From positions 224,001-288,000 of the forward strand of contig OY760175.1 in the NCBI GenBank assembly GCA_963663165.1: a DNA stretch of 64,000 nucleotides, given 5' to 3'. Numbering within the stretch: position 1 is the first letter of the stretch; each line of letters opens with the position of its first letter. The translations under genes and the position numbers were made by a program. The notes beneath the pieces were generated by a model that was not told the origin of the DNA, made no database searches, and saw nothing but the letters and a program-made list of their open reading frames with translations. Positions 48,133 through 58,141 of the stretch are shown here, in pieces. This DNA is from an uncultured Desulfospira sp. Its GTDB lineage: Bacteria; Desulfobacterota; Desulfobacteria; Desulfobacterales; Desulfobacteraceae.

Positions 48133-48928
48133 GCGGACTTTCTCCTAAATAAAAATAATAAAAAATTCGCTTCGTACTTTGGGGGGTAATCATTGATTGT
48201 ACAGATATACACACCTTAAAGAGGAAACTACTGATGCACTAAAATGTTGCATTTGACACACTCTACAGGAAAAATTTAAAATGTCAAGAAATTTTAATCG
48301 TTTTGGCAGGGAAATCGCCTGTAAAATTGTTGCAAAATTTTCAGCCCGGAGAACGCTTTTGCCGATTTCGTGCATCAGGTTTCGCAAAAGGGTGGGCATG
48401 TAACCGTCGATCACCACTTCAAGCGTCCTGGTTTTCCGTGATTATGCCCGGGGTCTTATTCTTGAAGGCGGTACTGGATGGACAGGCCAAATTTGAAATA
48501 TGGTTCTCCCGGCCAAAAACTTAATTCCATTTGACCGGGCCGGCATTTTTTTTGCTTGCAATTCGATTTCAATCCTGTATGCTGAGTGGCAAATATTTAA
48601 GTAAAAAGCACATTCCCTGTGAGGACAAGATTTTACAGGCAGTCCTCGTTAATCAATTTGTTTTACGGTTAAAACATCTTAAATTATCGTTGAATTTATG
48701 CTGCTTGCTTCAAAGTGAAATACAGTATTGAAATTTAATTGATGATTTGTCTGTTTTTTAAATTCATTAACACAACCTCAAAAATCTAAGTACTTATTTT
48801 CACACTCGGTTTATTGTGTGTTCCAACGCCGGTCCGGCAAAGTGGTTGTGAAACGTGTGCTTATGTGCGGTGACCTTGATGGGTATGGCGTCTCTTATCG
48901 AAAATTCATTTAGAAAAGGGAGGAATGT

Positions 48929-49096
48929 GTGGCCCGTAACGAGTATACATTTAAAAAAAGGCAGAAAGAGTTAGCAAAGAAAAAGAAAAAAGAAGAAAAA
49001 ATGAAACAAAAGTTAAATAAACGGAAAAATTTTTCTGAAATAGAGGCTGAGCCGGCGGAAGTATTTCCGGGTATTGGTTTGCCGGATCAGGATTAG
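48929..49096 (+). CDS. Small lysine-rich protein (55 aa, below ORF-track cutoff)
   Basis: GGGAGG RBS, GTG start; MARNEYTFKKRQKELAKKKKKEEKMKQK... Confidence 0.65.
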   Translation: MARNEYTFKKRQKELAKKKKKEEKMKQKLNKRKNFSEIEAEPAEVFPGIGLPDQD

Positions 49097-49163
49097 GCCG
49101 TTTGATGGCCAATGGGATTGAGATTTATTTGCGTTAACAACTTGTAACTGTATTAGAAAGGAC

Positions 49164-49352
49164 GTGCCTATGCCCGTGAAAAAAAATTTAGATCATGTTT
49201 GCAGTAAAAAAGAATTAATGAAAATTATAGAAAAGATGGATATGGACCGGTTTCAAAACCGGTCTTTCGAAGACCAGACCGAAAGGCGGGGGAGAAAATT
49301 GATCAGAAAACCCTCTATCGGCACTACAAATCCAATGAAAGACAGAATGTGA
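49164..49352 (+). CDS. Small hypothetical protein
   Basis: AAAGGA RBS; charged 62-aa ORF. Confidence 0.4.
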   Translation: MPMPVKKNLDHVCSKKELMKIIEKMDMDRFQNRSFEDQTERRGRKLIRKPSIGTTNPMKDRM

Positions 49353-49517
49353 TATGTCATGTTTTAGAAACAACGGGGTTTAAGAGGTTTTTTATAAGAA
49401 ACTGGAGACAAGAAACAAGAGACAAGAGGGCGAAGCACCTGCGGTGCCCAATTTATAGACTACCGTTGCCGGTATCTTCAGTTTCATTATTCGTTGTGGG
49501 CTTGTGGCCCATGGCAG

Positions 49518-49590
49518 TTATATGAAAGTCTCACTAACGTCCTGAGAAGACTTTCAATATTTGTTGTGGGCGGTTCTTGGCAGGATAACT
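49518..49590 (+). repeat. Dispersed two-hairpin intergenic repeat, copy 2
   Basis: About 52 bp identical to 60798-60849. Confidence 0.85.
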
Positions 49591-49771
49591 CAGGCGGGCA
49601 AGGTTTCTGCCCTGTATAGGGGGATGGCCGGTATAAAAAAATGTGCATATACTGCCAAGACCTTGCCGTTTACTTAAATTCAGGCTTCTCTGGCCGACAT
49701 TCCTGGCCGCGGTTTTAAAAATCAAAATTATTTCATCCGGTGCCTTGACTTTGAATTTTCTCGGATTTATG

Positions 49772-49800
49772 ATTGACTAATCAATAATTGATAAGTCAAT
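49772..49800. promoter_or_regulatory. Palindromic operator, probably for the adjacent MarR
   Basis: ATTGACTAATCAAT-A-ATTGATAAGTCAAT just upstream of the marR start. Confidence 0.65.
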
Positions 49801-49812
49801 AAAGGAAAGTCA

Positions 49813-50265
49813 ATGCCTCAAACATATAACCCATCCCTTGGGCGAAGGTTCGGACTGCTGTTCCGGCTGAACACCCATTTTTTAAACCACCGGCTGAAAT
49901 CCTTTGGGATCAGTGCGGGGCAGGTGTCCTGTCTGGCCGAACTGCTTCATAATAAGGTTCCCGTTACCCAGGAGGAAATTTCTTCCACCCTTGCCGTTGA
50001 CCCGGCGGCAACGGCAAGGACCGTGAACCTTTTGATCAAAAAAGGGTTGGCCGCCCGGGTGGTGAATCCTGAAAACCGCCGGCAAAAGCTTGTCTCAGCC
50101 ACCTTGGCCGCAAGACAGATGGAAAAAGATTTTTTTTATACCTTAAAGGACATTGAAAAGAATTTTAATGAAGACCTGACCGTGCAAGAACACCGGATCC
50201 TGTTAGACTTCATGGACCGGATGATCTCCACTGCAAAAAGGAGAAAACATGAATCAGCCCGATAG
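49813..50265 (+). CDS. MarR-family regulator
   Basis: TQEEIS..LAVD.AATAR.V..L..KG...R..NPENRR. Confidence 0.88.
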   Translation: MPQTYNPSLGRRFGLLFRLNTHFLNHRLKSFGISAGQVSCLAELLHNKVPVTQEEISSTLAVDPAATARTVNLLIKKGLAARVVNPENRRQKLVSATLAARQMEKDFFYTLKDIEKNFNEDLTVQEHRILLDFMDRMISTAKRRKHESAR

Positions 50266-51640
50266 CCGGCAGCCCGGTACCACATCTCCCGGGGCGACCT
50301 TGCTCGTGGTCTCTGTTGTCCAGTTTCTGGCACCGTTTATGATGTCGGCGGTGGGGGTTGCCCTTCCCACCATCGGAAGTTTCTACAATGCCAGTGCCGT
50401 GAGCTTGGGGCTCGTGGAGCTGGTCTATATTCTGGGGGTAACCCTTTTTTTGCTGCCCGTTGGCCGGTATGCCGATATTGTGGGCAGGAAAAAAATATTT
50501 GTCACCGGGGTGGCCTCATTTTTGGTTGCCACGGCCATCCTGCCCTTTGCCCCCACCATTGAAATTTTTATTGCCATAAGATTTTTTCAAGGCGTCGGGG
50601 CCTCCTGCAACACGGCCACCTCCATTGCGATTTTGTCTGCGGTTTTCCCCAAGGAACGGCGGGGCAGGGCCATGGGGGTGATTGTGGCCTGTGTTTATTT
50701 AGGGCTGTCTGCGGGCCCGTCTCTGGCCGGACTGCTCATCACCTATGCGGGATGGCAGTGGATTTTTTTCGTGGCGGTGTTTCTTGCCCTGATGGCCTTA
50801 ATCTTGACCGTCACCCGCCTTAAAAGTGAATGGAAAGGCGCTCAAGGACAAACCTTTGACCGCATGGGCAGCATCATTTATATTATTTCCCTGTTTTGCG
50901 TGATCATGGGGGTTTCCCATTTAAAGGAGGGGGCCTGGCCCGTTGTGGTCGGGGGGGCGGGGCTGGCCGGCCTGGCCGGCTTTGCCGTTTTTGAATACCG
51001 GAACCGGTCCCCCATTCTGGATGTCCGGCTCCTTTTAGGCAACCGGGTCCTGGCCTTCAGCAACATAGCCACATGGATCAATTATGCCGCCTCATTCGGT
51101 GTGACGTTTTTCTTTTCATTGTATCTTCAGGTGGTCAAAGGGATGCCCCCCCAGAACGCAGGGGTGCTTCTTGTGGTTCAGCCGCTGATTCAGGCGTGCC
51201 TTGCGCCGGTTTCCGGCATATTAGCTGATAAATATTCGCCGTCCATTCTGGCCACCTTGGGCATGGCCGTCTGTGCCGCAGGCTTGGGGCTTGCCGCCTT
51301 TATCGGACAAAACTCCCCTGTGGCCCATGTGGTCGTAGTCCTGATGGTCATGGGGGTGGGATTTGCCATGTTTTCCACACCCAATATGGCCACCATCATG
51401 GGGTCGGTAGGGCCGGCCCACTACGGCATTGCATCCAGTCTTGCGGCCACCATGCGGTCTGCCGGGATGCTGTCAACAACCGCCATTATTACCCTGTTAT
51501 TGAGTATCTATATGGGGGATGCCCCGGTTTCGGTCGATACCATCCCCGGATTCTTGGGCACCATGCACACAGGGTTTGTGGTGTTTGCCCTGTTTAGCCT
51601 GGTGGGGATACTGTTCTCCCTGGTCCGGGTCCGGAACTAA
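50249..51640 (+). CDS. MFS drug:H+ antiporter (DHA2-like)
   Basis: GRYADIVGRKK motif A, RFFQGVG, about 14 TM segments. Confidence 0.9.
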   Translation: MNQPDSRQPGTTSPGATLLVVSVVQFLAPFMMSAVGVALPTIGSFYNASAVSLGLVELVYILGVTLFLLPVGRYADIVGRKKIFVTGVASFLVATAILPFAPTIEIFIAIRFFQGVGASCNTATSIAILSAVFPKERRGRAMGVIVACVYLGLSAGPSLAGLLITYAGWQWIFFVAVFLALMALILTVTRLKSEWKGAQGQTFDRMGSIIYIISLFCVIMGVSHLKEGAWPVVVGGAGLAGLAGFAVFEYRNRSPILDVRLLLGNRVLAFSNIATWINYAASFGVTFFFSLYLQVVKGMPPQNAGVLLVVQPLIQACLAPVSGILADKYSPSILATLGMAVCAAGLGLAAFIGQNSPVAHVVVVLMVMGVGFAMFSTPNMATIMGSVGPAHYGIASSLAATMRSAGMLSTTAIITLLLSIYMGDAPVSVDTIPGFLGTMHTGFVVFALFSLVGILFSLVRVRN

Positions 51641-51900
51641 CCGGCAAGCCAGTAGTCCGGGTCCCATTCGGTCAGGTCGGTTTCGAATTTGGGGGTAGTG
51701 ATTTGATCGATGGTTTCCATGGGGCCTTTTGCTTCATACCGGCACAGCTCACAGTTAAAACTTGCCCAGTCCAGGATGGCCGCTTGGTAGAGACATTTAT
51801 CATAGAAATTACATGCCAGTGCCCGTTTGCCTTCCCCTTCCATGGGAAAACGGGACAACACACTAAAATAACGGGGTATAGCCTTTCCTGATCCCACCAC
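51637..51900 (-). CDS. Small four-cysteine protein
   Basis: CNFYDKC...W.SFNCELC; GGAGG RBS; sigma54 site upstream. Confidence 0.6.
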   Translation of the reverse strand: MVGSGKAIPRYFSVLSRFPMEGEGKRALACNFYDKCLYQAAILDWASFNCELCRYEAKGPMETIDQITTPKFETDLTEWDPDYWLAG

Positions 51901-52080
51901 TGCCGCCTCCTTCCTATCAACTTCTTGTCAACGCCGCCATGTCCAGTGGACTTTCGCTTCGTCCATAATCCGGTTCCAGCGTCCATGCCAAAGCCGGTAA
52001 TACGGTTTTAAGTCCTGTGCAGTGAAAGAAAATTATCCGGATCTTAAGGTGCAGACACCGGTAATGATAGGAATTAAGTT

Positions 52081-52096
52081 TGCAATAATGGTGCCA
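52081..52096 (-). promoter_or_regulatory. sigma54 promoter
   Basis: TGGCACCATTATTGCA is a consensus TGGCAC-N5-TTGCA. Confidence 0.75.
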
Positions 52097-52441
52097 TGAT
52101 CGATAAAATTGATTTTTGTAATCAATTGGTAAGGTTAGAAAAAATATAGAAACGTCGTAAAACGTTGATTGTGAAAAAAAAGTAATATTATTGAGAAATA
52201 TAGTTCACAATATGGAAAGGGTTGGGTAAATTTTTACCCTCTTAGGGGCCGGACGGGTCGGCATGGAATTATTTTCAAATATCAGCCTGACAGGTCCGGG
52301 CGGCTTGTTGCATAACCGGCTGAGGATAGCGGACAAGGCGGGCTTTGTGTGGTGAACCCCATAAATGCCTGCCGGGTCCACTAAAGTCCACCTTGTCCAC
52401 AAAACGCTTTCGTGGTTTGTGTCCTTTGATTTAATTAATCA

Positions 52442-52942
52442 TCACCGGGGCGGATCAATCACTATGTATTGAAGTGTGGTCCCAGAATAGCAGGGCTGGT
52501 ACCAAGTCGAACCGCACTGGCGGTAACTGACGTTGTTGATGACCACCGTGGTGCAGGACGGGGGCATGGAGGCCGCTGCCACAATCGACCCCACAACCAG
52601 GCCGGTAATGGCGCCGGCGATGATGGAACCGCCGTCATGGTGGTGGCTGTCATGGTGATGGCTGTCATGGTGATGATTGTCATGGTGATGGTCATCATGG
52701 TGGTGGTCGTCATGGTGTCCATGGCCGCCGCCGGGGTTGTTCACATTCACGTTTATATTGGTGTTGGGGCCGCCGCCGGGACCGCCACCATGCCCGCCGC
52801 CATGGTTAACGGAAACATGGGCCGATCCCCGGACCGGGGGTTTGGCCTGGGCAGACCGGGGCAGGATAAAGCTGGTGCCTAAGGCGAGAAGCACAACCAG
52901 CGTCAGAACCGTGGTTTGACAGAATATAGATGTTGTTTTCAT
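52442..52942 (-). CDS. Exported His/Gly-rich protein (DUF6515-like C-terminus)
   Basis: GGAGG RBS, signal peptide, (D-x-HHH)5 tract, PPSC.TV......Y..CGSTWY.P. Confidence 0.75.
   Translation of the reverse strand: MKTTSIFCQTTVLTLVVLLALGTSFILPRSAQAKPPVRGSAHVSVNHGGGHGGGPGGGPNTNINVNVNNPGGGHGHHDDHHHDDHHHDNHHHDSHHHDSHHHDGGSIIAGAITGLVVGSIVAAASMPPSCTTVVINNVSYRQCGSTWYQPCYSGTTLQYIVIDPPR
52636..52717 (-). repeat. 15-bp coding tandem repeat x5.5
   Basis: CATGGTG(A/G)TG.... units encoding D[DNS]HHH. Confidence 0.85.
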
Positions 52943-52952
52943 GTTCTCCTCC

Positions 52953-53759
52953 TTAATTTTTCTTGGCAAGGGGTAAGAAATTAATGGGATGGGCACCCTT
53001 GGGAGGCGTGAACGTAAACAGGGCATCGTCCACATCCGGTTCCAAATCCCAATTGAGCCTTGCCGCATACTGGGGCTGGGAATCGTCAGAGGTGGTGGTG
53101 ATCACCACCTGGAGGGGCAGGGACCGCTCGCCTTTCTGAATCCACAGCTGCCAGTCAACCCCTTCCTGCCGGTATGCATAATGGGTACAGGCTTTACCGC
53201 CAAGCACGGCATTTCCGATGATCAGGGCCGACGTGACGGCGTCCTGGTCAGAGGCTTGGGTTCCCCAGAGGAACAGGTCCTGCAACGGCAGCTCAATCCC
53301 TTTTTCAACAAAGGTTTTTTCAGCCAGGTCCTTTAAAGTCCCCGGGGCTGAAACCGTGGCGTAAAAGTTGTGGGTTTCCCCGTACAGGGTAAAATTCTGC
53401 CCGTCAAAGTACATGGCAAAATTGCGTTCTTTTTCATCCACACTTACCTTGGAATAGAGCTTGTTGGGAACCTTGACCTTAAGGGCGCTTTGTCCGCTTA
53501 CCAGAATTTTCTGGCCAGAAACAAGGACTTCATCCAGGTAAAAGTTGGATGTGACCTCAAAGGCCGGCAAGGTTCTCAGATAACTGCTCATGGTGTAAAG
53601 GGCCTCAAGGGCTTCGGGTTCCAGGGTGTTTTCGGTTTGTGCGCTCTCCTGATCCTGCTGATCGGCGGCCATGGCAGCCGGGACGGCAAAACAAAAAGCC
53701 ATGACAAGGGCCAGTGCCCATGCGAGCCATAAAGCGCTTGACTGATGGTTTTTCATCAT
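52953..53759 (-). CDS. DUF2092-family periplasmic protein
   Basis: L..MS.YL..L..F, C.HYAYRQ..VDWQLWI..G...LP, F.F.PP.GA. Confidence 0.8.
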   Translation of the reverse strand: MMKNHQSSALWLAWALALVMAFCFAVPAAMAADQQDQESAQTENTLEPEALEALYTMSSYLRTLPAFEVTSNFYLDEVLVSGQKILVSGQSALKVKVPNKLYSKVSVDEKERNFAMYFDGQNFTLYGETHNFYATVSAPGTLKDLAEKTFVEKGIELPLQDLFLWGTQASDQDAVTSALIIGNAVLGGKACTHYAYRQEGVDWQLWIQKGERSLPLQVVITTTSDDSQPQYAARLNWDLEPDVDDALFTFTPPKGAHPINFLPLAKKN

Positions 53760-53858
53760 AAATTTCTCCGTTAAATGTTTGGTGAATCAATATTCATCAA
53801 GTGCTTATCCCGGATGTTCCATCCAGGACAACCCGTGACGGCTTTATAATAATCAAGG

Positions 53859-56800
53859 TCATCCCTTTACCCGGTAAAAAATACCGTAAAATGCCGGGAC
53901 AAACAACAGGGTGATCCCTGTGGCAAAAATCAGCCCGATCATGATGGCCACGGCCATGGGCTGCCACATGACACCGCCCCCCAAATACAGGGGGATCAAC
54001 CCTAAGGTGGTGGTCAGGGTGGTGAGCATGATGGGCCTAAACCGCTGGCTGCACGCATCTTCAATGGCCCTGGCCGGGGGCTTGTTCAACTCGGTTTTTT
54101 CAATTTCAATCCGGTCGATGAGCACAATGGCGTTGTTGATTACAATACCGGCTAAGGAGATCACCCCGAGAAAGGCCATGAACCCAAAATAGGATCTAAA
54201 GACAATCAGCCCGATCACCACGCCGATAATCCCTAAAGGAATGGTGGACAGCACCATGACAGTTTTCCGGATTCCGTTAAACTGGAAAATCAGCAAAAAT
54301 ACAATAATGCAGCCGGAAAGGGGCAGGTACTGGATGACTGCGGACATGTTTTCCTGGGTGTTTTCAGCATCCCCGCCAAATTCATATCCATACCCTGAAG
54401 GCCAGTCCTTGGTTTTTTCATCCAGCCAGGTCTGCATCTGGCTTGTGATTTCAGAGGCCGTGGCCCCTTCCCTGAGTTCCGAGGTAATGGTGATGCTCCG
54501 GGACAGCCCGTAATGCATGATCTTGGCATAATCCCATTTGGGGACAATGGTGGCCACCTGGCTTAACGGAACGGCCTTGCCCGTGGACTGGACAAACACG
54601 TTGATGTTTTCCAGGTCCTGAAGGGTCTGGGTGGAGAACTGCCGGCTGCGCATGAGAATGGACAGGCTGTCCTGTCCTTCCCTGAAGGTTCCGGCCTTGT
54701 AACCGGAAAGCCCTGTCTGAAGGCTGATGGCAATGTCTTCATTGGTAACCCCGGCCTTTCTGGCCTTTATGGCATCAATGTCAATGATGAATTTTAAAAG
54801 CTTGGGCCCCCAGTCATCCATGACGTTTTTGGTCCCTGAAATCTGGTTTAACTGGTCTTTTGTCTGCCCGGCAAGCCGGTAAAGGACATCCTGGTCCCTT
54901 CCCAGAATCCTGATTTCAATCGGTGTGCCGCCGCCGCCCTGGCCTAAGGAGGATACTTTGATGTCGGCATTGGGAAAGGTGTTAAAGCAGAAGGTGTCCA
55001 GTTCTTCGATGATTTTGGGATTCACATCCCCGGAGCTGGTGTTGACAAGGATGTGGGCATAACTTGAGTTGGCCTCGTCGGGTGTATACCCGAGATCGTA
55101 GGATTCAGGGCCTTCTCCGATATATGAGGACCAGTCCGTGATCCCCTCGGGCTTATCCGGGCCGGTTTGCAGGGTGGCCATATGCTCCTCAAGGGATTTC
55201 ACAAGTTCCGCGGTCTGATCAATATGGGTGCCCAGGGCCAGGTTGATATCCACAGTAATCATGTTCCGGTCACTGTCCGGAAAAAAGATAAACGGGACCA
55301 GGCCGAATCCTTTCAGGGAAATAAAAAAAGCGGCAAACATTGAAATCACAAAGATAAGCTTGGCCTTCATCACCCATTTTAGAACAAACGCGTAAACCTT
55401 ATTGAGCTGGTCAAAGATGGAGAATTTGGAAGATCCCCCTTCTTTTTTCTTTATTTTGACAAAATAATAGGCCATCAACGGGATAATGGTCAGGCTCATG
55501 AGCCAGGAAGAGACCAGGGCAAAGGTAATCACCACAAAAAGCGGCCCCATGATGTCCCCCATGTTGGATTCTGCCAGAAAAAAGGCCAAAAATGCCGCTG
55601 AAGTGGTCAGGGTGGAGATCAGCAGGGGGACCATTAGTTCGTTGCAGGTTTCAAGGGCCGCATCCATCCGGTCCTTGCCGGCTTCGAGTTTGACGATAAA
55701 GGACTCGGATACCACAATGCCGTTGTCCACCATCATGCCTAAGGCCATGATCAAGGCGGCCAGGGTCACCTGGTTGAGCCCCATGTGAATGACCCCCATG
55801 AGCATCAGGGTCGTGATGGTGACCAAAGGGATGAGCCCGGCCACCACAAGGCCGGTGCGAAATCCTAAAAACACCAGCATGACGGCCATGACAATCACAA
55901 TGCTCTGGATCAGGTTGCCGATAAAATTGTCAATGGAATGCTGAACATAGCCGTCCAGGGAGGCCAGGCGGATGACCTCAAAGCCCAAGGGCAGCCGGTT
56001 GTTGTATTCTTTGATCCGTTCTTCCACCATGTTGCCCAGGGCAATGATATTGGCCTGGTCTTTAAGGGAAATGGCCAGGGAAATGGCCGGTTTCCCGTTG
56101 ACCCGGACCAGGCTGGTCGGCGGATCTTTATAGGTTTTTTTGATGGTGGTGATGGCCTCTAAAAAAACGGTTTCTCCCTTGTCGCCGATGGGGATAATGG
56201 TTTTTTTCAAGTCTTCGATGGTATCGTAGTTGCCCGTGGGTTCAAGGATGAGCCGTTTTTCCCCCAAATTGATCTCACCGCCCGAGTCCAGGATATTGGT
56301 TTCTTTAATGATCTGCCCCAACTTCTGGACGGTCAGGCCGTATTCGCTCAGCCGTGTGGTGTCAAATTCCACCACCACCTGCTGCTCCTGGACCCCGCCA
56401 AGCTCTACCTTGGCCGAGTCAGGCAGGGTGATCAGGTCATCCCTGATCCGTTTGGCCACATCTTCCATGTCGGCAAAAGAAAACTCATCTGAGATCAGCC
56501 CCAGGATAATCCCGTATACCACCCCGACATCATCATCGTTGAGCTTGGGAACTACCCCTGAGGGCAGGGTGGTGATGTCTTCTAATTTTCGCCTCAGTTC
56601 ATCCCATACCCCCTGAAGGTCTTGTTCGGTCACCTCATCCTTGAGTTCAACCGTGACGACGGAAAGGCCGGTTCTGGACTGGGAGGAAATGGTTTTGACT
56701 TCAGGAATTTCCTGGACCACCTCTTCAATGTTTTTGCTGACCAGAAGTTCCACCCGCTCGGGATTGGCCCCGGGAAAATAAGACACGATGGTGGCCACCC

Positions 56801-56927
56801 GCACCACATAAGGGGGCATGCTGTCCCGGGGCAGCCCCTTGTACAGGGCAATCCCTAAAAGGACCACAATGGCCAGCAGGCTCAGTGAAATTCGGTTTTT
56901 CTGTATGGCAAACGCTGTAAGGTTCAT
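53859..56927 (-). CDS. RND efflux permease (AcrB/AcrD/AcrF family)
   Basis: GMMVDNGIVV.E, GIVINNAIVL.D, RFRPIMLT.LTT. Confidence 0.93.
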   Translation of the reverse strand: MNLTAFAIQKNRISLSLLAIVVLLGIALYKGLPRDSMPPYVVRVATIVSYFPGANPERVELLVSKNIEEVVQEIPEVKTISSQSRTGLSVVTVELKDEVTEQDLQGVWDELRRKLEDITTLPSGVVPKLNDDDVGVVYGIILGLISDEFSFADMEDVAKRIRDDLITLPDSAKVELGGVQEQQVVVEFDTTRLSEYGLTVQKLGQIIKETNILDSGGEINLGEKRLILEPTGNYDTIEDLKKTIIPIGDKGETVFLEAITTIKKTYKDPPTSLVRVNGKPAISLAISLKDQANIIALGNMVEERIKEYNNRLPLGFEVIRLASLDGYVQHSIDNFIGNLIQSIVIVMAVMLVFLGFRTGLVVAGLIPLVTITTLMLMGVIHMGLNQVTLAALIMALGMMVDNGIVVSESFIVKLEAGKDRMDAALETCNELMVPLLISTLTTSAAFLAFFLAESNMGDIMGPLFVVITFALVSSWLMSLTIIPLMAYYFVKIKKKEGGSSKFSIFDQLNKVYAFVLKWVMKAKLIFVISMFAAFFISLKGFGLVPFIFFPDSDRNMITVDINLALGTHIDQTAELVKSLEEHMATLQTGPDKPEGITDWSSYIGEGPESYDLGYTPDEANSSYAHILVNTSSGDVNPKIIEELDTFCFNTFPNADIKVSSLGQGGGGTPIEIRILGRDQDVLYRLAGQTKDQLNQISGTKNVMDDWGPKLLKFIIDIDAIKARKAGVTNEDIAISLQTGLSGYKAGTFREGQDSLSILMRSRQFSTQTLQDLENINVFVQSTGKAVPLSQVATIVPKWDYAKIMHYGLSRSITITSELREGATASEITSQMQTWLDEKTKDWPSGYGYEFGGDAENTQENMSAVIQYLPLSGCIIVFLLIFQFNGIRKTVMVLSTIPLGIIGVVIGLIVFRSYFGFMAFLGVISLAGIVINNAIVLIDRIEIEKTELNKPPARAIEDACSQRFRPIMLTTLTTTLGLIPLYLGGGVMWQPMAVAIMIGLIFATGITLLFVPAFYGIFYRVKG

Positions 56928-56977
56928 TAAAATTTTCCCAAGGGTTATGGGGTCAGTGTATTGGGGTTAGACTTCAG

Positions 56978-58132
56978 TTACCACTGGTTCACCGGGTCAT
57001 CGAGAAGCTTGACCATCATTTTGTCCGTGAGCAGCTGAAGGCCCGATGTGGCCACCATCTGCCCTGCCTGAAGCCCTTTTTTAACCAGAAATCCCTTTTC
57101 AGTGAGATCACCGATTTCGATATTCTGTTTTCGGATGGTGCCGGTATGGTCCTTGCCTTTGTCAACAATAAAGACAAAGTTGACGCCCTGGTCTTCGCCA
57201 ATGCCGTCGGACGGCACATAAAGCCCGGTTTGTTCGGCGGATTCCCCAAAATCAAAGGTAACCTGGGCGGCCATGCCCGGCCTTAACCGGGGGTCTTCGG
57301 ACCGGATATCCACGGTAACCGGATAGGTCGGGGCGTCGGTTGAGCCGTAGGAAACTTCGGTGACCTCGCCTTTAAATTCCACATCCTTTAAAGGGGAAAA
57401 AGTGACATTACAGGGCATGCCGGTTTTAATTTTTGCAATGTACAAATCCGATACATCCACGGCCACCTCAAGGTTCCCGATGCCGTTCAGGGTCAGTACC
57501 GGGCTGCCCGGAGAAATTTCCTCGTTTTCTTCTACGGGGATGCTGTTGACAATCCCGGTAAAGGGGGCGGTGAGCTTGGTATATTTGAGCTGGTTCTGGG
57601 CGGCCTGAAGTTTGGATTTTTCAGTGGTGATCCTTGACCGGGCCGCCTCAAGGCTGGCCTGTGCGGTTTCATAGTCCCCCCGGGCCTTTTCAAACTCACT
57701 TAAGGAGACATTATCATTCTCGTAAAGTTTCTGGACCCGGTCATAGTTGGAGCTTGTGGTATATACACCGGTCTGGGCGGATTTGGCATCGGCGCCGGCG
57801 GTTTTGACCCCGGCCCTGGAAGATTCCACCTCGATCTTGATATCGGTTTCGTCAAGTTCCGCTAACAGGGTGCCCGCATCAACCCGGTCGCCGACTTTGA
57901 CGGGAATTCGTTCAATGGTCCCGTTTACTTTAAAGCTTAAGACCGCCTCTTTTGTGGCTTTGGCCGTACCGCTGAATCTCTGGTTCATGGTCTGGGTCTG
58001 GGGAGACAGCACCACATACCTGACCGGGCGGGCAGGGGGCTCTTTTTCCTGTTCCGTTACCGTATCACTGTCCCTGCAGCCGGACAGCAGCAGCGTAATG
58101 CATGCGAAAATGGCTAAATAATTGGATTTCAT
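56978..58132 (-). CDS. RND periplasmic adaptor lipoprotein
   Basis: Lipobox LSGC; V.GTI..I.V.VGD.V, L.APF.G, LRPGM. Confidence 0.93.
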   Translation of the reverse strand: MKSNYLAIFACITLLLSGCRDSDTVTEQEKEPPARPVRYVVLSPQTQTMNQRFSGTAKATKEAVLSFKVNGTIERIPVKVGDRVDAGTLLAELDETDIKIEVESSRAGVKTAGADAKSAQTGVYTTSSNYDRVQKLYENDNVSLSEFEKARGDYETAQASLEAARSRITTEKSKLQAAQNQLKYTKLTAPFTGIVNSIPVEENEEISPGSPVLTLNGIGNLEVAVDVSDLYIAKIKTGMPCNVTFSPLKDVEFKGEVTEVSYGSTDAPTYPVTVDIRSEDPRLRPGMAAQVTFDFGESAEQTGLYVPSDGIGEDQGVNFVFIVDKGKDHTGTIRKQNIEIGDLTEKGFLVKKGLQAGQMVATSGLQLLTDKMMVKLLDDPVNQW

Positions 58133-58141
58133 TGGCTTTTC

